A DNA stretch of 54,029 nucleotides, filler included, from Diploschistes diacapsis (GCA_023645945.1; 4 parts of 4 records of this genome joined end to end with filler, not necessarily neighbours in it), one strand, 5' to 3'. Positions 39,683 to 53,602 are shown, counted from the first letter of the whole stretch. Program-made: numbers and translations. Notes: a model not told the origin generated them from the sequence alone.

Positions 39683-40274
39683 TAGGCTGGCCGTTTCGTG
39701 CCACGGTCACTGACACGGACACTGCAGCAAAAATTTTCAAAACACGGTCATTGACACGGACACGATAGCTAAAATTTTAAAACACGGATACTAACACAGA
39801 CACTACACTGCAGTAAAAGTACGGACACGGACATTATAATTAAAAATTTTAAAACATTAATACTAACACGGACACTACATTTCCGTAAATTTACCGAAAT
39901 ACTGCAATAAATCCACCGAAACATTACAGTAAAATTTTTTTAAAAAAATAAAAGCGTAAGAAATAGGCGTGATAATTCTAGAATTATTAAAATTAAAAAA
40001 ATAATTTAAAATATTTCGGTAAATATACGGACACGGATACCGTAATAAAAAATTTTTCGATACGGATATTAATACGGATATTGCATTATAATAAAAACAC
40101 GGACACGGACATTACAATTAAAAATTTTAAAATATTGATATTAATACGGATATTACACTTCCGTAAATCCACGGACACGGACACCGCAGTTAAAAAATCT
40201 AAAACACGGACATTGACACTGTCAGTATCCGTGTCACTGACACGGCCGTGTCAGTGTCAGTGACGGCCAACCTA
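39683..40274. mobile_element. Non-autonomous hAT-type DNA transposon (MITE), 592 bp
   Basis: TIRs TAGGCTGGCCGT (39683-39694) and ACGGCCAACCTA (40263-40274), matching at 11/12. Perfect 8-bp TSD AAATAAAT (39675-39682 and 40275-40282). Many ACACGGA-type internal repeats. No transposase ORF. Confidence 0.85.
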
Positions 40275-40377
40275 AAATAAATAGAATCATCGTTCTTTCT
40301 TTTTACCCACTACTGAATATGTTGAAAGTGGAAGTGGGGTGACTAAATGAGACAGCTCAGCCCAGGTGCCTGCCAAG

Positions 40378-40416
40378 CCACGGCAGGGTCACGTGACCAC
40401 GGCAGGGTCACATGAC
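40378..40416. repeat. Tandem duplication CCACGGCAGGGTCAC(G/A)TGA x2
   Basis: Read directly; includes the palindrome GGTCACGTGACC. Confidence 0.7.
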
Positions 40417-40540
40417 GGGTCCCACCGGGATAGCCGCTGCCAGCCGCGCCAAGGATGTTAAAAGATGGTTGTGTAGGTAAGTAATACCCGAACCCTAATA
40501 AGACTAACATCCACATTATTTATTTATATTATTCTTTTAT

Positions 40541-40640
40541 NNNNNNNNNNNNNNNNNNNNNNNNNNNNNNNNNNNNNNNNNNNNTTAATTAATTAANNNN
40601 NNNNNNNNNNNNNNNNNNNNNNNNNNNNNNNNNNNNNNNN
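40541..40640. other. Assembly gap with artificial spacer
   Basis: N44-TTAATTAATTAA-N44. Confidence 0.97.
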
Positions 40641-41737
40641 TTCTGGAGGAGGTTTGGAGGGGAGCGAGGAGGTGTCTTTTCGAGGGCAAGGGGCCGAGGG
40701 TGGGAAGGGATGGAGACAAGGTTGGTGACGGGATGGAGTCGGCTGGGGTCGGGAACGGAGGTGGGGATGGGGATGGAGACATGGTGGACATAATACGTTA
40801 GAGTTCAGCAGATGCTGAAGCGGGTGGGGGACACGGAGAAGCAGGAGAGCGACAACTGGCACACCGGCACGACACCGACGAGCACGGTTCGAATAGAAGC
40901 TCCTGGATGATTTCTCTTTTTGGTCTCGATTCCCTAAGCTATCTGCCCTCTATCTACACCAAGCTGGCCTTGCATGTTTCTTCCGGCGATGCAATAGCAT
41001 CTGCAGCCTACCAGACGCTGTGCACGCCGCTCCAACAATCGTCAACACGTTCTTCGTCTGGAGCAACGCTCGGATAAGTTCGCAGAGTAGCCAATACCGG
41101 TCCAACATCCTTTCCCTTCCTCCCTCACTCCCGCTTTCCCAACCACAGCGAGCAATGTTGTACAGGTCGAATTGAATATTGAGTAGCAGTGTAGCCCCGG
41201 AACTCCTTGTCATCGTTATTGGGCATTAATGTCCGTAAAATGCGATGTCGTGTTCGTCGAAATAATGAATTAGGTATTCGCTCATATGCTCGGTCTTCAT
41301 GGAGCGAAATGGCTGATCAAATGGAGCAACGCCGATCGGAGCTGACAACTCCCATGCGTATCATACTTCAGTCTATCTTGTAGAAACAACAAAAAGATCA
41401 AAACTCCGGAAACTCCATGCAAGCTGATGGCGACAAAAGTATTCAGCGGTGAGATGCGCTTGCTTCATTGTAAAGTGGATTAGCGATGTGATGCGGTCGC
41501 TGCATGTCAAATTGAGCGCTAGTAGATAACCTGGCGATGTTGTATGCAATGCAGATGTGGCAATGTCTTTCTGTGGTGTAGATGTGGCCATGTTCGTGGG
41601 CGATGTAATTGTGGCGTGCCGGGACGGACCGAGTGAGTCATCGCTCTGTGAGCGTCGTTGGGGAATGAACGCTCCCACTGTAGCGTTAACTGTAGGGTCC
41701 TAACCCGAATAATGTCTTCTTCGTATGCCGTCCTCTG

Positions 41738-43828
41738 TTAGACTCGCCCCCTCTTGATCTTTCCGGGAAAGTCAACCTTGGGATGCACAACGCGCATGTG
41801 CCTCGTCAGTGCATCGTTGCGCGAAAATGTCTTCTCTTCTACGCACAGCTGACACCTGACCTTTTGCTTCCTCGCGTTGTGGATCGTATCCTCGTGACGC
41901 GTGAGATCGTAGGGTCGAGAGAATATACTGTTGCATGGCTTGCCGGTCGTCGGGTTGACGCGCTCACACTTGTGAGGGCCGGCCTGTGTGCCCTTGCCAT
42001 CGATGCCTGCACTGGTGGGCGTGCCCTGTCGATGACCCTCACGCTTGTGTTTTTGCAGTTTTGAAGGGGTCTCGAAGCGTTGCGTGCAGCCGTGGTAGGT
42101 GCATGTGTAAGTGCCGGTGTCGGCAGTCGTATGTGCGGGACGCTGGACGTCAGTGTCCGGGCTTGAAGCGTGTGAGCTCGACTCCGAATCCGAATGTTGC
42201 TCGCTCTTGGTTGACTCCATAGACAGAGAGTGCTGCGAAAACTTAAGCTCCGACTGATGGCTCCCTGGAACGTTGCTGGCCTGGCGTCGCTGTTTCGCAA
42301 CGAATGGGTATTGCTGTGGAACTCGTGGAGCGCCATTTTGTTGGAACGAGGTCGATCCACTGGCAAAGGTTGATGAGCTCTCGCGCCTCAGCTGCGCCAA
42401 TGCATCGTAGGCCTGCTCCTCCTCCGGTCGCGTCAACTCCTGCTGCAATCCGGATGGTCTCTGCGACCGTGCATTCGATTGCGGAGGACTTTGGACACTG
42501 CCCATTAATGGTGCACCAGCATCGTCTTCGGGCTCGTATTCCAGCGACACCTCTTTTGGTGAGACGGTCTTTTGGTTCTCGACCGCGCGTGGCTGAGTCT
42601 GCTGGGCTATCGCTCTGGCCCCAGCCTCGGCCTTCTGTTGTTCCCGCATCTGGGCTGCCGAGCCTAAGCGAGACACGGGAGACGCGGACTGCGGGTAGCC
42701 TTCGGCCGCATATTGCGAGCTCGGTCGAAACGGCGACTTCTCCCGTGAAATCGTAGTAGTGGGCGACGCAGACCTTGCCGAGAGGTGTCCCTGACCAGCT
42801 GCCTGCAGCCGTTCCGAAAAAACGGTATTGCGTGGCAAGAGCCTGTTGCCTTCGAAATTCAGGGTCGGAGTCGAAGGCTTCGAAGTCGGTGCCGGTACCG
42901 TAGGTTCTTCAGGATTGTACAGCTCATCTTGGTAGATGTCCGACATCGTGCGACCCAGGTTCGGCAGCCTGTTTCGTTCCATGGCCGCTCTCGAGTGGTT
43001 GTGGGTATTTGGAACTCCGACTCCGTCTCCACTCAAGGCACCCGACCGTCCTTGCGACTGGCTCATTCTCTGCGCTTTCCTCGCACCCTCTTGCTGTGGG
43101 TGTTGTTGTTGAGTCATCGCGTGTCTCATCGCCTGCTCCCACAGAGGTTGGTTGTCAGCATACTGTGGCGAAAAATTCTGGAATTGCGGCGAGAAGAGGA
43201 GCGAATCCGAAAAGATGGCGTGCGAAGCAGGAAGGGGTTTGGGGAACGAAGTGACCGATGGAAACGACTGGTGATCGAAATTCTCGAGGTGCTGAGATTG
43301 GAATGCTTGTGATTCGGGGTCGACAATGTATGGATGGCTGGGGGCAGAGACAGGTGTAAAAGGTGACCGTGGTCCTCCCGAGGTAGCGGTGGAGTCGGAT
43401 GAGTTTCGTTTGTGAAACTGCTGTTCTTGCAGGCGAAAGCGAGGTTGAGTTACGAGATGCGCAGCATTATTTTGGACTGTCCAAGAGGGTGCTGGCCGAG
43501 TGCCCGCTCCGTCGTTCAATTCCGACACAGAATTCGGGGACGGCTGCGTCGATGCCGACCTCGAACCGAAAGGAAAGTCGCACGCTGATTGGTTGTGTGG
43601 GAAGCCTCTGGGCATATAGTACTCGGAGGACTCCGAATAATCGAAACTTGAGTTTGCTGGGGAGGACGCAGATGTGGATGAAGGTGAGTGCGATAAGGTG
43701 GCAACCTCAGTTTCTGCGGGAATCGGGGTAGGGAGTTGAGAAGTTGAAGTTGAAGTTCTCAATGGAAGTTCGTAGAGTTGATGCTTTTCTGACGAGGGGT
43801 GTTGACGTCTTTGACGGGATATTAACAT
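41738..43828 (-). CDS. RPN4: C2H2 transcription factor, Rpn4 orthologue (proteasome gene regulator)
   Basis: C-terminal CNSIFSRPYDLTRHEDTIH..VRC..KTFSRNDALTRHMRVVH matches the Rpn4 finger pattern; extra finger CTYHGC..HKREGH. ATG 43828. Confidence 0.85.
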   Translation of the reverse strand: MLISRQRRQHPSSEKHQLYELPLRTSTSTSQLPTPIPAETEVATLSHSPSSTSASSPANSSFDYSESSEYYMPRGFPHNQSACDFPFGSRSASTQPSPNSVSELNDGAGTRPAPSWTVQNNAAHLVTQPRFRLQEQQFHKRNSSDSTATSGGPRSPFTPVSAPSHPYIVDPESQAFQSQHLENFDHQSFPSVTSFPKPLPASHAIFSDSLLFSPQFQNFSPQYADNQPLWEQAMRHAMTQQQHPQQEGARKAQRMSQSQGRSGALSGDGVGVPNTHNHSRAAMERNRLPNLGRTMSDIYQDELYNPEEPTVPAPTSKPSTPTLNFEGNRLLPRNTVFSERLQAAGQGHLSARSASPTTTISREKSPFRPSSQYAAEGYPQSASPVSRLGSAAQMREQQKAEAGARAIAQQTQPRAVENQKTVSPKEVSLEYEPEDDAGAPLMGSVQSPPQSNARSQRPSGLQQELTRPEEEQAYDALAQLRRESSSTFASGSTSFQQNGAPRVPQQYPFVAKQRRQASNVPGSHQSELKFSQHSLSMESTKSEQHSDSESSSHASSPDTDVQRPAHTTADTGTYTCTYHGCTQRFETPSKLQKHKREGHRQGTPTSAGIDGKGTQAGPHKCERVNPTTGKPCNSIFSRPYDLTRHEDTIHNARKQKVRCQLCVEEKTFSRNDALTRHMRVVHPKVDFPGKIKRGRV

Positions 43829-46800
43829 TTTGTACCCGTGCGGAACCCTTGCTAGCTTTCCCACCCCAGTCGAGATCCACCGCCAGAAGCGGAAAGAAAT
43901 ATACTAGATTGGAATAGGTGACAAAATTGGGAAAGGAACAGGACTTTGAGTCGGGTTATTAAATGGTTTGATGAAGCTGTCGTTAATATCTTTGAGTGGC
44001 GAAATTGTGACCTGATTGTACTCAAGTACGAGGTCGCTAGTTTATGTGTTGAGGTCGTGGTAGTTCATAGACTCCCATAGAACTTCGGTTGCTCCGGTCC
44101 TCGAGTGTACTGATAAATTAAATCCTCGAGCCAACGTCGTGGTGTGCGTCAATAATGTTTGTCAGTAATTTGAAATGCGGTCCTCGATGGATCGGAGATA
44201 TCGGGGTTCAGAGTTCAGAAGTTCAGATGGGATTGACAAAAGCCAGTCAGCAGTAGGGTAGGATGCCCTATATGACTCTTAAAATAGAGAAAACCCTCGG
44301 CTAGAGTTCATAGACTAGAGAAGAAAGCCTCGAACAGCTGACGGCTTGTTTGAGTGAGTTTAACTGAAGATAGTGCCAAGCCTTGAGTTCAGTGTGTTGC
44401 GACGGGGTTAACTAGAACGGTGGGACTGCCAGAGCATTAATACTTTTTACTTCTTTACATCTTTTTTCCCATAATCCCAAGACTTATATATATCGTACGA
44501 AGAGAGCTGGTGCAGATAGACCGTGTTCTCCATACCTTGCAATCTCTTAACCAATGGGCCAGAAAAGATGGTTCGGTAGTATACGCACGTATCTCCAAGT
44601 CACCTTTCATTCGTACAGTTAAAGCTACGACGTGTGCGTACGTAATGTATTAAGTACAGACCCTTTGAGTGCCTGAGTGCTTACCTAACTCTATTGTCCC
44701 TGCATCTTCATCTGCATGCCTTCAGTTGCAACCTTGTGTTCCGTACCCGCACCGGCGGTTCCAGTGAGCTGGAAATTTGATAGTGCGCCCTTCTTGATTG
44801 CGTTCGTTTGCGTGGCTATGTCTCCAGGTTTCTCTAATGCTCATGCTCTTAATTGGATGGCGCATGTTCTCAACAAACAAATAACTCCTGGATCGAGCAT
44901 ATTGACAGAGAGGGGTTGGTGGGCTGTGGCTCAGCCTTACAGATTCGTAACTGAAGATTTATTTTGTTTGTTTTTGGCCTCGGTTCCTAGTTAAGGTTGG
45001 GAAAGCCACACACACGCCAAGTGAGGCTTGAGTCGTCGTCAGTTTTTACTTGATCCAAGCCACATTTGCAGCGTCAACTACGGCTACAAGCGAGTTGCCC
45101 TAAATGCCCACCTGTTGCAGAATATTAGATGCATGGTCGGCGCTTTGGACGTTGAGCTGATCTTCTAGAGCATTCTGCTGGCAGATCATCATATCAGCTA
45201 CTTGTCTCTACGGCTACTACCGGCACGAATCATGGTGCTGACAGGGTCTACCGGATACAAGTTCTAGAATTCTGCCCGAAGGGATCCAATTCTTCTGTGG
45301 CGGTGCAGCCCAATCACTATTTAGTCTTGTGATCCAGACCTTGCAGACATTGAACGATTCGGTAGCCGACGTTCTGCACGCTCATGATGCATAAGCACTT
45401 CGACAGCACCTATAAGAAGTCTCTACTGTATTCTAGTGGAGTGGAGCAGCGCGTGGGAAGCTGCAGACTCGAGGTGCACGGACGATCCTAGATTAGAAGA
45501 GAGCGAGCGGACCCAGCCGGTGACGAATCAGGGACGAATCAGGGACGAATCAGGGATCATCAAGCTTTTGAATGCCGCAACCGCAGTGGTTGTGTTATTA
45601 GTCATTCGAGGAAGCCGCTTTTCCGGCAAAACATCCTACAGACCGGAGATACTATTTCCCGCCTAGTTTCTGACGGCTGTTCCAAAAAGCTTTCGGTATC
45701 GTCCGAGATCGTCAGTGAAGCTTCACGGACAAAGACGGATCAAGGAAACCCGAGTGAGAAATTTCAATGCAAGAGTACGGTGAAGAAATAAACTCCGTCC
45801 TTCGTCCTTCGTGCAAGTCAAATGCCTGATTTTTGATTCGAGAAAATGAGTTGCCTCGGCCTCCGGATAGAAGCGTGGCACCTTACCTTCCCGCAAATCT
45901 ATCCGGAAATCGCTAGGCTTAGGGCTTCAGAGAAAGAACTATATTTGACATGCACGAGATAGTCTCCTTTCAAACTATCAACCCGAAACGTCAAGACAGA
46001 TTTTAATTTCCTACCAATCAGATCCCGGTATGTCACTGTTGTTTGTCGTGCCTACTTTAGCTCCGCAGTGGCCGAAAGAGATCAACGACGTGAAGGTAAT
46101 CACACCTGCCTTTGGTGGGAACGTACTGAATTACAAATCAGTGATTTGACCGCAAGCGAAGCGATGCTAAACATATCTTTCAGTTTCAGCTTCAGCTTCA
46201 GGCAGTCAACAGCGCGTGTTGTGGCTTCGTGTCAGAATCCGACTACCACAGTACACGCCCTGATTTCAACTAGATGTACAGAGATTAGGCGTTCAGTTTG
46301 GAAATCAGGCCAATACCTACAGCAGTAAACTCAATTTGACTCGAGCCTCAGTATCCCTGGCATGTCGGCTTGCGGAATGGAAAGTCAGTCTCATAATTTT
46401 CTATGCCGGAGTGAGTCGGATCTTCCTTTCCATTCTTTAAAAATGAAGATGGTATCCTTGTGCATTGGGTTTTCTCTTCCTTGTCACGCTCGACTCGTGT
46501 CTGTCAAATGCTTGTCAGCTAGCAGGCCGCCTTCGCAGCCCTTCTGGCATCATACTAACTATACGTTTTCTTTCCGTTATTTGCCGACTCGATGTTCATT
46601 GCTGCTTCATTGCGTGGACTGCGCTGCCTAATTCCCAAAGTGGTTTATCCTAGACACTACTTATTCCGTGGCAATACTGAGGGCTCACACTACCGAAAGG
46701 TGACGGTGCTGGTTGTGTTGACCTGTCGAGCTGGTACAAGGCTGCAGATCATTGAACGGTTTCTCTACCGACCGAAAATCGTTGGATGATCGATGAACGC

Positions 46801-48130
46801 GGTGTAGCTAAACACGATACACAACGTCGCCGAAGTGACATACAACGGCAAGTCGATAGGATGATCAGATTTCATAATGAAATCCTGAAAGGGCGCGAGC
46901 AAACAGGTTCTCGGAACCCCTTGCCTGTTCGAAAGTTACAGCTGCCTAAGAGGGCAACGTCCGGTGGTAGTGTGCGCTGGTGCCATCGTTTGCACCCCTT
47001 GACTTGGCGACGAGGACTGCGGCTTGTATGGATGAGCCAGTATCACCATGTAAGGAGCACAGTGTTTGCAATGAGGCAACAGAATATTAACAAGCGGTAA
47101 GTCATGATGTTACCAATTCTGCTTGTTTTAGGTTGCATGGTCCGCCTGGTAGTCTGCGCTGCGATTCATGGAGGAGACGTTAGGAACCTCATGCGCCAAA
47201 AACCATGTCTTCTTCCTGACCCACATCCCTTGTCTACCGCATAATGAGTGCAGCTATCACAACGCTGGGCTTCGCTTGCTCCTTTTCCATAACCCACGCA
47301 TTATTCTTATGAGTCATTTTCAAAGAACTCTGACAAACGCCTCTTTGGCCCCATCGAAGCCTAATAGCCAGCTTGGCGTGCCTTGGATGTGTTGACAACT
47401 CTTAGTTTTGCATGTGGACATTACGATGTCCACCTCGAGACCCAATCGAAGTCCTGAGCCAGGTTTGGATGCAGACTCCACTTCACTAATGGCTCAAAGG
47501 TGCCTTCGGAGCGCAGACGCCTGAAATTGGTTCTATGCAAGCCACGTGGATATTCCGAACCCAAGGAGTCGGGAGCGAGAAGCTGAACTAGACGCCGTCT
47601 TAGAGTGAGAGTTGTGGCATTATTGGATAGCCAGAGATCAAAAGGCTACTGGATTCAGATTGCAACATGTGGACGAGCAGGTATGCATTGATACTTCCTA
47701 CCCGAAAGGACGTGCCGGTTGCCGCCATAATTCGCCACATACTAGCGACAACTTGCCACGCAGTAGTAGCAGTAGTAGCTCATGTACCGTGGCATTTCAC
47801 ATGTGACAAAACGCCGAATGAAGGGAGAGAACTTGTGAGTCAAAGACATAGGGTTATTGTATTCGCTCAACCTTGGGCCATTTCTGGTCCCACGCAACGC
47901 TGGAGCCTTGCTTCCATCTCTCGATGGTCTGCCATTGGCTTTGAAATGAGAGGAGCTCCTGCAGCCGGTCTCGACGGCCCATGGAAGTATATTCGACCAC
48001 TATACGAGACGCCTAGGCATCGATTGTCTGGAGGAAATTACCTTTGTTTACTGGCGATGAGGGCCTAGGGTTGGTACTCGATGGAGCCTAACAACTTCTC
48101 TTAGGCCTTGCGCCTAGTATGTGACGTGAC

Positions 48131-48132
<2 letters not shown>

Positions 48133-48163
<31 letters not shown>
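48133..48163. repeat. (AG)n microsatellite, about 15 units
   Basis: Read directly. Confidence 0.95.
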
Positions 48164-48164
<1 letters not shown>

Positions 48165-48671
48165 AACGAGTAGAAAGAGAGCCTGGACTAGCTCATCATA
48201 CAGGAGCTTAAGATAGACATGGAAGATGTAGTGGGCTTAGTAGAGTCTTGTCAATCAGGCAACAACAATACAAGCACCGCAATAGAGTTACGCGTTCAGG
48301 GTGCCAAGCATCACAGGTGAAAGGGACAAAGCCATGTTTTGAATGTTCGTTCATTTGCTGGTTCAATCAAGAATCCCCGTTCCAGCCAACCGGGACTCCT
48401 GTACAAGCTTGACATGTCGGTGTATGATACACAGGCATGTCCCATTTCCCATCCCGTAAAAACTCATGCCGTAGCATCGAGCCAGCCAAGCTGTCGATGG
48501 TCAAAAACCAGCAAAGCTACCAGCATAACCCATCGACCCATATGCAAAAGTTGTCATAAGAAACTCCCACCCGAGTGCCATCAACCCCAGAAAGAACAAG
48601 ACGCATTGCCCTTCATCACGCTCCCAAGCGCGTCCCGCATGCCACGCCCCTTCAAAACAACGACGAGCTGC

Positions 48672-49082
<411 letters not shown>

Positions 49083-49893
49083 TGTGATGGGAGGTTGGTG
49101 GATGAGAAGCCTGAAGCTTGAGATGGATAGATGTGGATGAGAGTGGTAGATGTGGATGGATGGGAATGTGGATGGAAATGTGGATGTGGATAGCTACTTG
49201 TATGAATGATAATGGAAAAGTAAAGAAGCGTGGGTAGTGGGGGACTATAAGAAGAAACAAGCGCGATGTGGAAATCACGGCCCCCCTAGATTGGGCTAAG
49301 CCAGATTGGGCGGAAGAAAGGTGCGGGTGATTCTAGGTGAGGTGTTTCGGGGCAGCTGCGATGATGATGGCCAGAGGTGATTCGCAGCTAATACCGAATG
49401 ATATAACGTGCAACTTGGTGCAATGGAATGCTTGATATCAGACTGCTTTGTTGGTAGAGCATCATCGCATTGATACGCTGCAAAAGTGCTTGGATCAGAG
49501 GGTAGTCGAGGATCAGTTGGCCGTCTGATTCTGAAGGTCCAAAGTTCGCTAAATGCTCATTGGCCGATCAACGGGGCTGTGAGTGCTCGCATGCCAAGAC
49601 CGATAAAAAACTGCATTTTCCTCACCTAAATTCTACCCGCAATTTTTGGCTTGAAGCGTCTTGTTTCCAGCACCCATAACACTTGAACTTGTTAGCGCCT
49701 TCACGCACACGCACACGCCCACTCCACGCCCAAATCACGCTTTCTTCCATAAGCTACTTAATCCCCCGCCCTTCCACCGCCCACTTTCCACTTTCACTCT
49801 TACATCAACCACCCACACTAAGCATCACTCCACCACTTCATCAATCAACTTCTCCATTCTCTTCAACTTTCTCATCAGCAGTCACCATCTACA

Positions 49894-50521
<628 letters not shown>

Positions 50522-51557
50522 GTCATGACTGCTTGACGCCATGTGGTAGTGACGATACGACTTTGCACCTCAACTTCTTCCTTTGGGCCAACTTCTTACG
50601 ACTACGACTACTGTTCTTGACTGTATCGGTCTACTTGGTTAACTTTTGTTTTCCAAGAAGTGGCATTTGTCAATGGGATGGCCGGCACTAAGGTGGATAG
50701 TTTGGGATCAAAGGAAAGGAGTCTCTGCCGTGTTGCGTCTTCTCAATTCATCATGGCCTTTTCACTAGACACTACTCATGGATACTGATGGTTTGCGGAG
50801 TTGTTACGATGGGTCGGTTGCATGCACTTTGTTTTTATCATGGCTAGTTCTACCACTGCAACCATGGGCTGGAATGGGGATGGGATACCACGAGAAGCTG
50901 GCGTGATTGTACAGTGATCGATGCACCGGCGTGTGCCGGATGAATGGAACATATCTTCAAACACTTCTAATTATGCCTTTATCGTGACCTTGTATACAAT
51001 GCTCAGGTATCACGATATTCTTCTCGGCTTTTGAATCGCGACGCCAAACTGCTAATTTATTACTGTCTGCGACCGCTTATCTCCAGTGGGATGCAACTGT
51101 AGGATACGGGCTCTGTGTGCCCTCGGTCTCGGCAGCGTGCTACTCGGACCCGTAGTTAACAACTAATGCAGGTACCTTCCTTTCCGTTTGTGGAAAACTT
51201 CCTCGCACAACCGAAATGATGACAAGTCCTTCGCAAGACCGAGATAAGACCGATTTCAGCTTCAAGTTTTTCTAGAGGCTTTATAACCGGACGTCCGCTG
51301 CGTTCTATGCGTAACTGAAACTATCCAGTTCTCTCTCTTTTCCGAAGCTTGTGGATGCTTATCGTTCGAGCTTCTTTGTCGTCATTGGTGCTTCTTGTTT
51401 TGCATCTTTATGCGTTTTCGGGCTGAAGATGATAACGCTGTGTCTGTGAGCCTAGTCGAGCTTGGGCTCTATGCGTGTGTTGGAAGCTTATTAGAGAATC
51501 CTGAGATAAGCCGAGCATTTGTTTGGCGAAGGCTGGGGACAGGTGTAAAACGGGATA

Positions 51558-52760
51558 ATGGCGAGCATAATGAGAGCCCCGGCGCTGGTGCTGCGGTGTC
51601 GTGTTAGGGCGATGGCGCTGGATGATGTAGTAGTACAGAGTGCCCTTACGTGTGCTTGTGTGGTAAAGAGTAGTGCGAGGCCAGATCTACTACCGCGGAG
51701 GAGTCTCCAGGTGTGGGCATCGGTGCAGAGAACGAAGTCATGGGGATTGCGAATGGAGGGCAGGAGTACGGGCGCTAGATCAGCAGGGACGAGTGCAAAG
51801 TCAACCTCTAAAGGGCCTATGGAGATGACTGCGAATGGCGGGGCATTGCAGAGTGCTAGGATAGAGGCACGGGTAGATGCAGACGGAGAGGAAGGGAAAG
51901 CCGCGCCAGCACCCACAGAGTCCAAAACACCAGACCAGGCTGCCAAAACTGCACCAACGCCATCCTCACACGAGTTTCTACCATCCACGTCGGCCGACCC
52001 TTCTGCTCCCTCTTCTCCAACTCCACCACCCCTCCACCAACGTCTCGGCCTCTTGACAACCCTTATAAACTCCTACAGCCGGACCCAAAAGCGGCGGTCC
52101 CTGCTAACGAACTTTTTTGCCGCTGTGATAACCTATTTCATCGGCGATCTCGCCGCGCAGCGCCTCGGCGGCTGGGGCTCACCTGACGGCGAGGACTACG
52201 ACGCCCAGCGCACCCTTCGCAACGTCGTGATTGGCGGCGCTGTTAGTCCGTTCGCGTACAAATGGTTCGTCCCAACCCCTCACACCTTCCTCTTCCCCTG
52301 CGCCTCACACTCCTTCCACCCTCTCACCAGTCATCCTCCTCACAACCCACAACTGACCCCCCTTCCTCCCCACGATCATAGGTTCCTCTACCTCTCCCTC
52401 AACTTCAACGCCTTCTCCTCCAAAGCCCTGAACATCCTCCTCAAAGTCGCCATCAATCAAGCTGTCTTCACGCCCCTATTCCTCACCTACTATTTCGCTG
52501 CAAACGCCCTCCTGTCCGGCGCCACACCGGGCGAGACGGTCGAGAGGGTCAGGCGCACGGTGCCGACGGGGATGTGGAACGCGCTGAAACTGTGGCCGGC
52601 GGTGACGGCGGTGAATTTGTGGGCGGTGCCGTTGGAGTTTCGGGCGGTGTTCGCGGGCGTGGTGGCGGTCGGGTGGCAGGGGTATTTGAGTTGGTTGAAT
52701 AGGAGGGCGGAGAGGGGGAGGAAGATAAGGGAGGGGGTTGAGATGAAGGCGCAGGAGTAA
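51558..52760 (+). CDS. Mpv17/PMP22 family membrane protein; start uncertain
   Basis: YFIGDLAAQ, YDAQRTLR, KVAINQAVFTP, LKLWPAVTAVN..VPLEFRAVF..VAVGWQGYLSWLN. In-frame intron near 52266-52381. Confidence 0.85.
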   Translation: MASIMRAPALVLRCRVRAMALDDVVVQSALTCACVVKSSARPDLLPRRSLQVWASVQRTKSWGLRMEGRSTGARSAGTSAKSTSKGPMEMTANGGALQSARIEARVDADGEEGKAAPAPTESKTPDQAAKTAPTPSSHEFLPSTSADPSAPSSPTPPPLHQRLGLLTTLINSYSRTQKRRSLLTNFFAAVITYFIGDLAAQRLGGWGSPDGEDYDAQRTLRNVVIGGAVSPFAYKWFVPTPHTFLFPCASHSFHPLTSHPPHNPQLTPLPPHDHRFLYLSLNFNAFSSKALNILLKVAINQAVFTPLFLTYYFAANALLSGATPGETVERVRRTVPTGMWNALKLWPAVTAVNLWAVPLEFRAVFAGVVAVGWQGYLSWLNRRAERGRKIREGVEMKAQE

Positions 52761-53602
52761 ATGTGGGGAAGGTTTGGTAAGGAGTGTGGGTGAGGTAGAT
52801 ATAGGTTGAGGACTTAGAGATATGGAGAAGGCATACGATACCAGGGCTTGGGCACACGGGCGTTGTATTAGATGGGGTGAACGAAAATGTGCCTGCACAA
52901 GTGTGGATGCCAAAATACAGATTGGATTCACCCTACAAGTTATACTGCCTGCACTCAGGACCAATTGTTTGGGGGAAAAAAGATATTGCCCCTGCATCCT
53001 GATAAATAGTCAATTTCCAGACAAGAAGTATTTTCTCATAATGGACTGACGGGTTTTGCACTTTATAGTCACGACTTCCCATCGGCGCCCTGGAGATATA
53101 GCAACCAGAACCTTCACGAGGTATCAGACCGAGGGGAAATTTATGAAAGAAATCGATTCTAACTATCTAGTAACCTCTGACGCTAAGTTTTGCTTAGTAG
53201 TTCGTGACTTGTGCCTAACACCCGAGGTTTGTTGCTGGAGACTCCGCATTATCCCATTCCAAGCTCACAGGCAACCCGCGAATAAATTCAAAAATCAGAT
53301 ATGCGACCACACCCCATGCATTTCTTCTCAAAGCCAGCTTAACATACATAGAAACACTTCTCCTAATTTCAATAGAGTTTACGGTAATATTTGGCACGAA
53401 GAAAAGGCGTTCTCACGCTGGAAAATGAGGGCTTAACCTGGGAGTATCTGAATATCGAGCATCTTGCCCTTGACTTCAAGCCTCCAGTCTCGACAACTTC
53501 TTGCCCTCTGTCCACCGTTCCTCTAATATCTTGCTTCTTGCGCGCTGAGTCCTACCCTTTATTATAGCCTCAGCTTAGCGGAAAGTTACCGTGACGATCG
53601 AA

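Noticed and set aside
39700..40260. Repeat array resembling a CRISPR or iteron region
   Set aside because: Repeats are short and irregularly spaced with no unique spacers or cas genes; TIRs and TSD explain it as a MITE.
40320..40540. Possible LTR start (TGTTG... with GGTCACGTGACC repeat)
   Set aside because: Cut by the gap; no second LTR, PBS or coding remnant visible.
40641..40791. Pro/Ser-rich minus-strand ORF start running into the gap
   Set aside because: May be a real 5' gene end but is too short and low-complexity to call.
45522..45556. GACGAATCAGG x3 tandem repeat
   Set aside because: Short slippage-type repeat with no supporting context.
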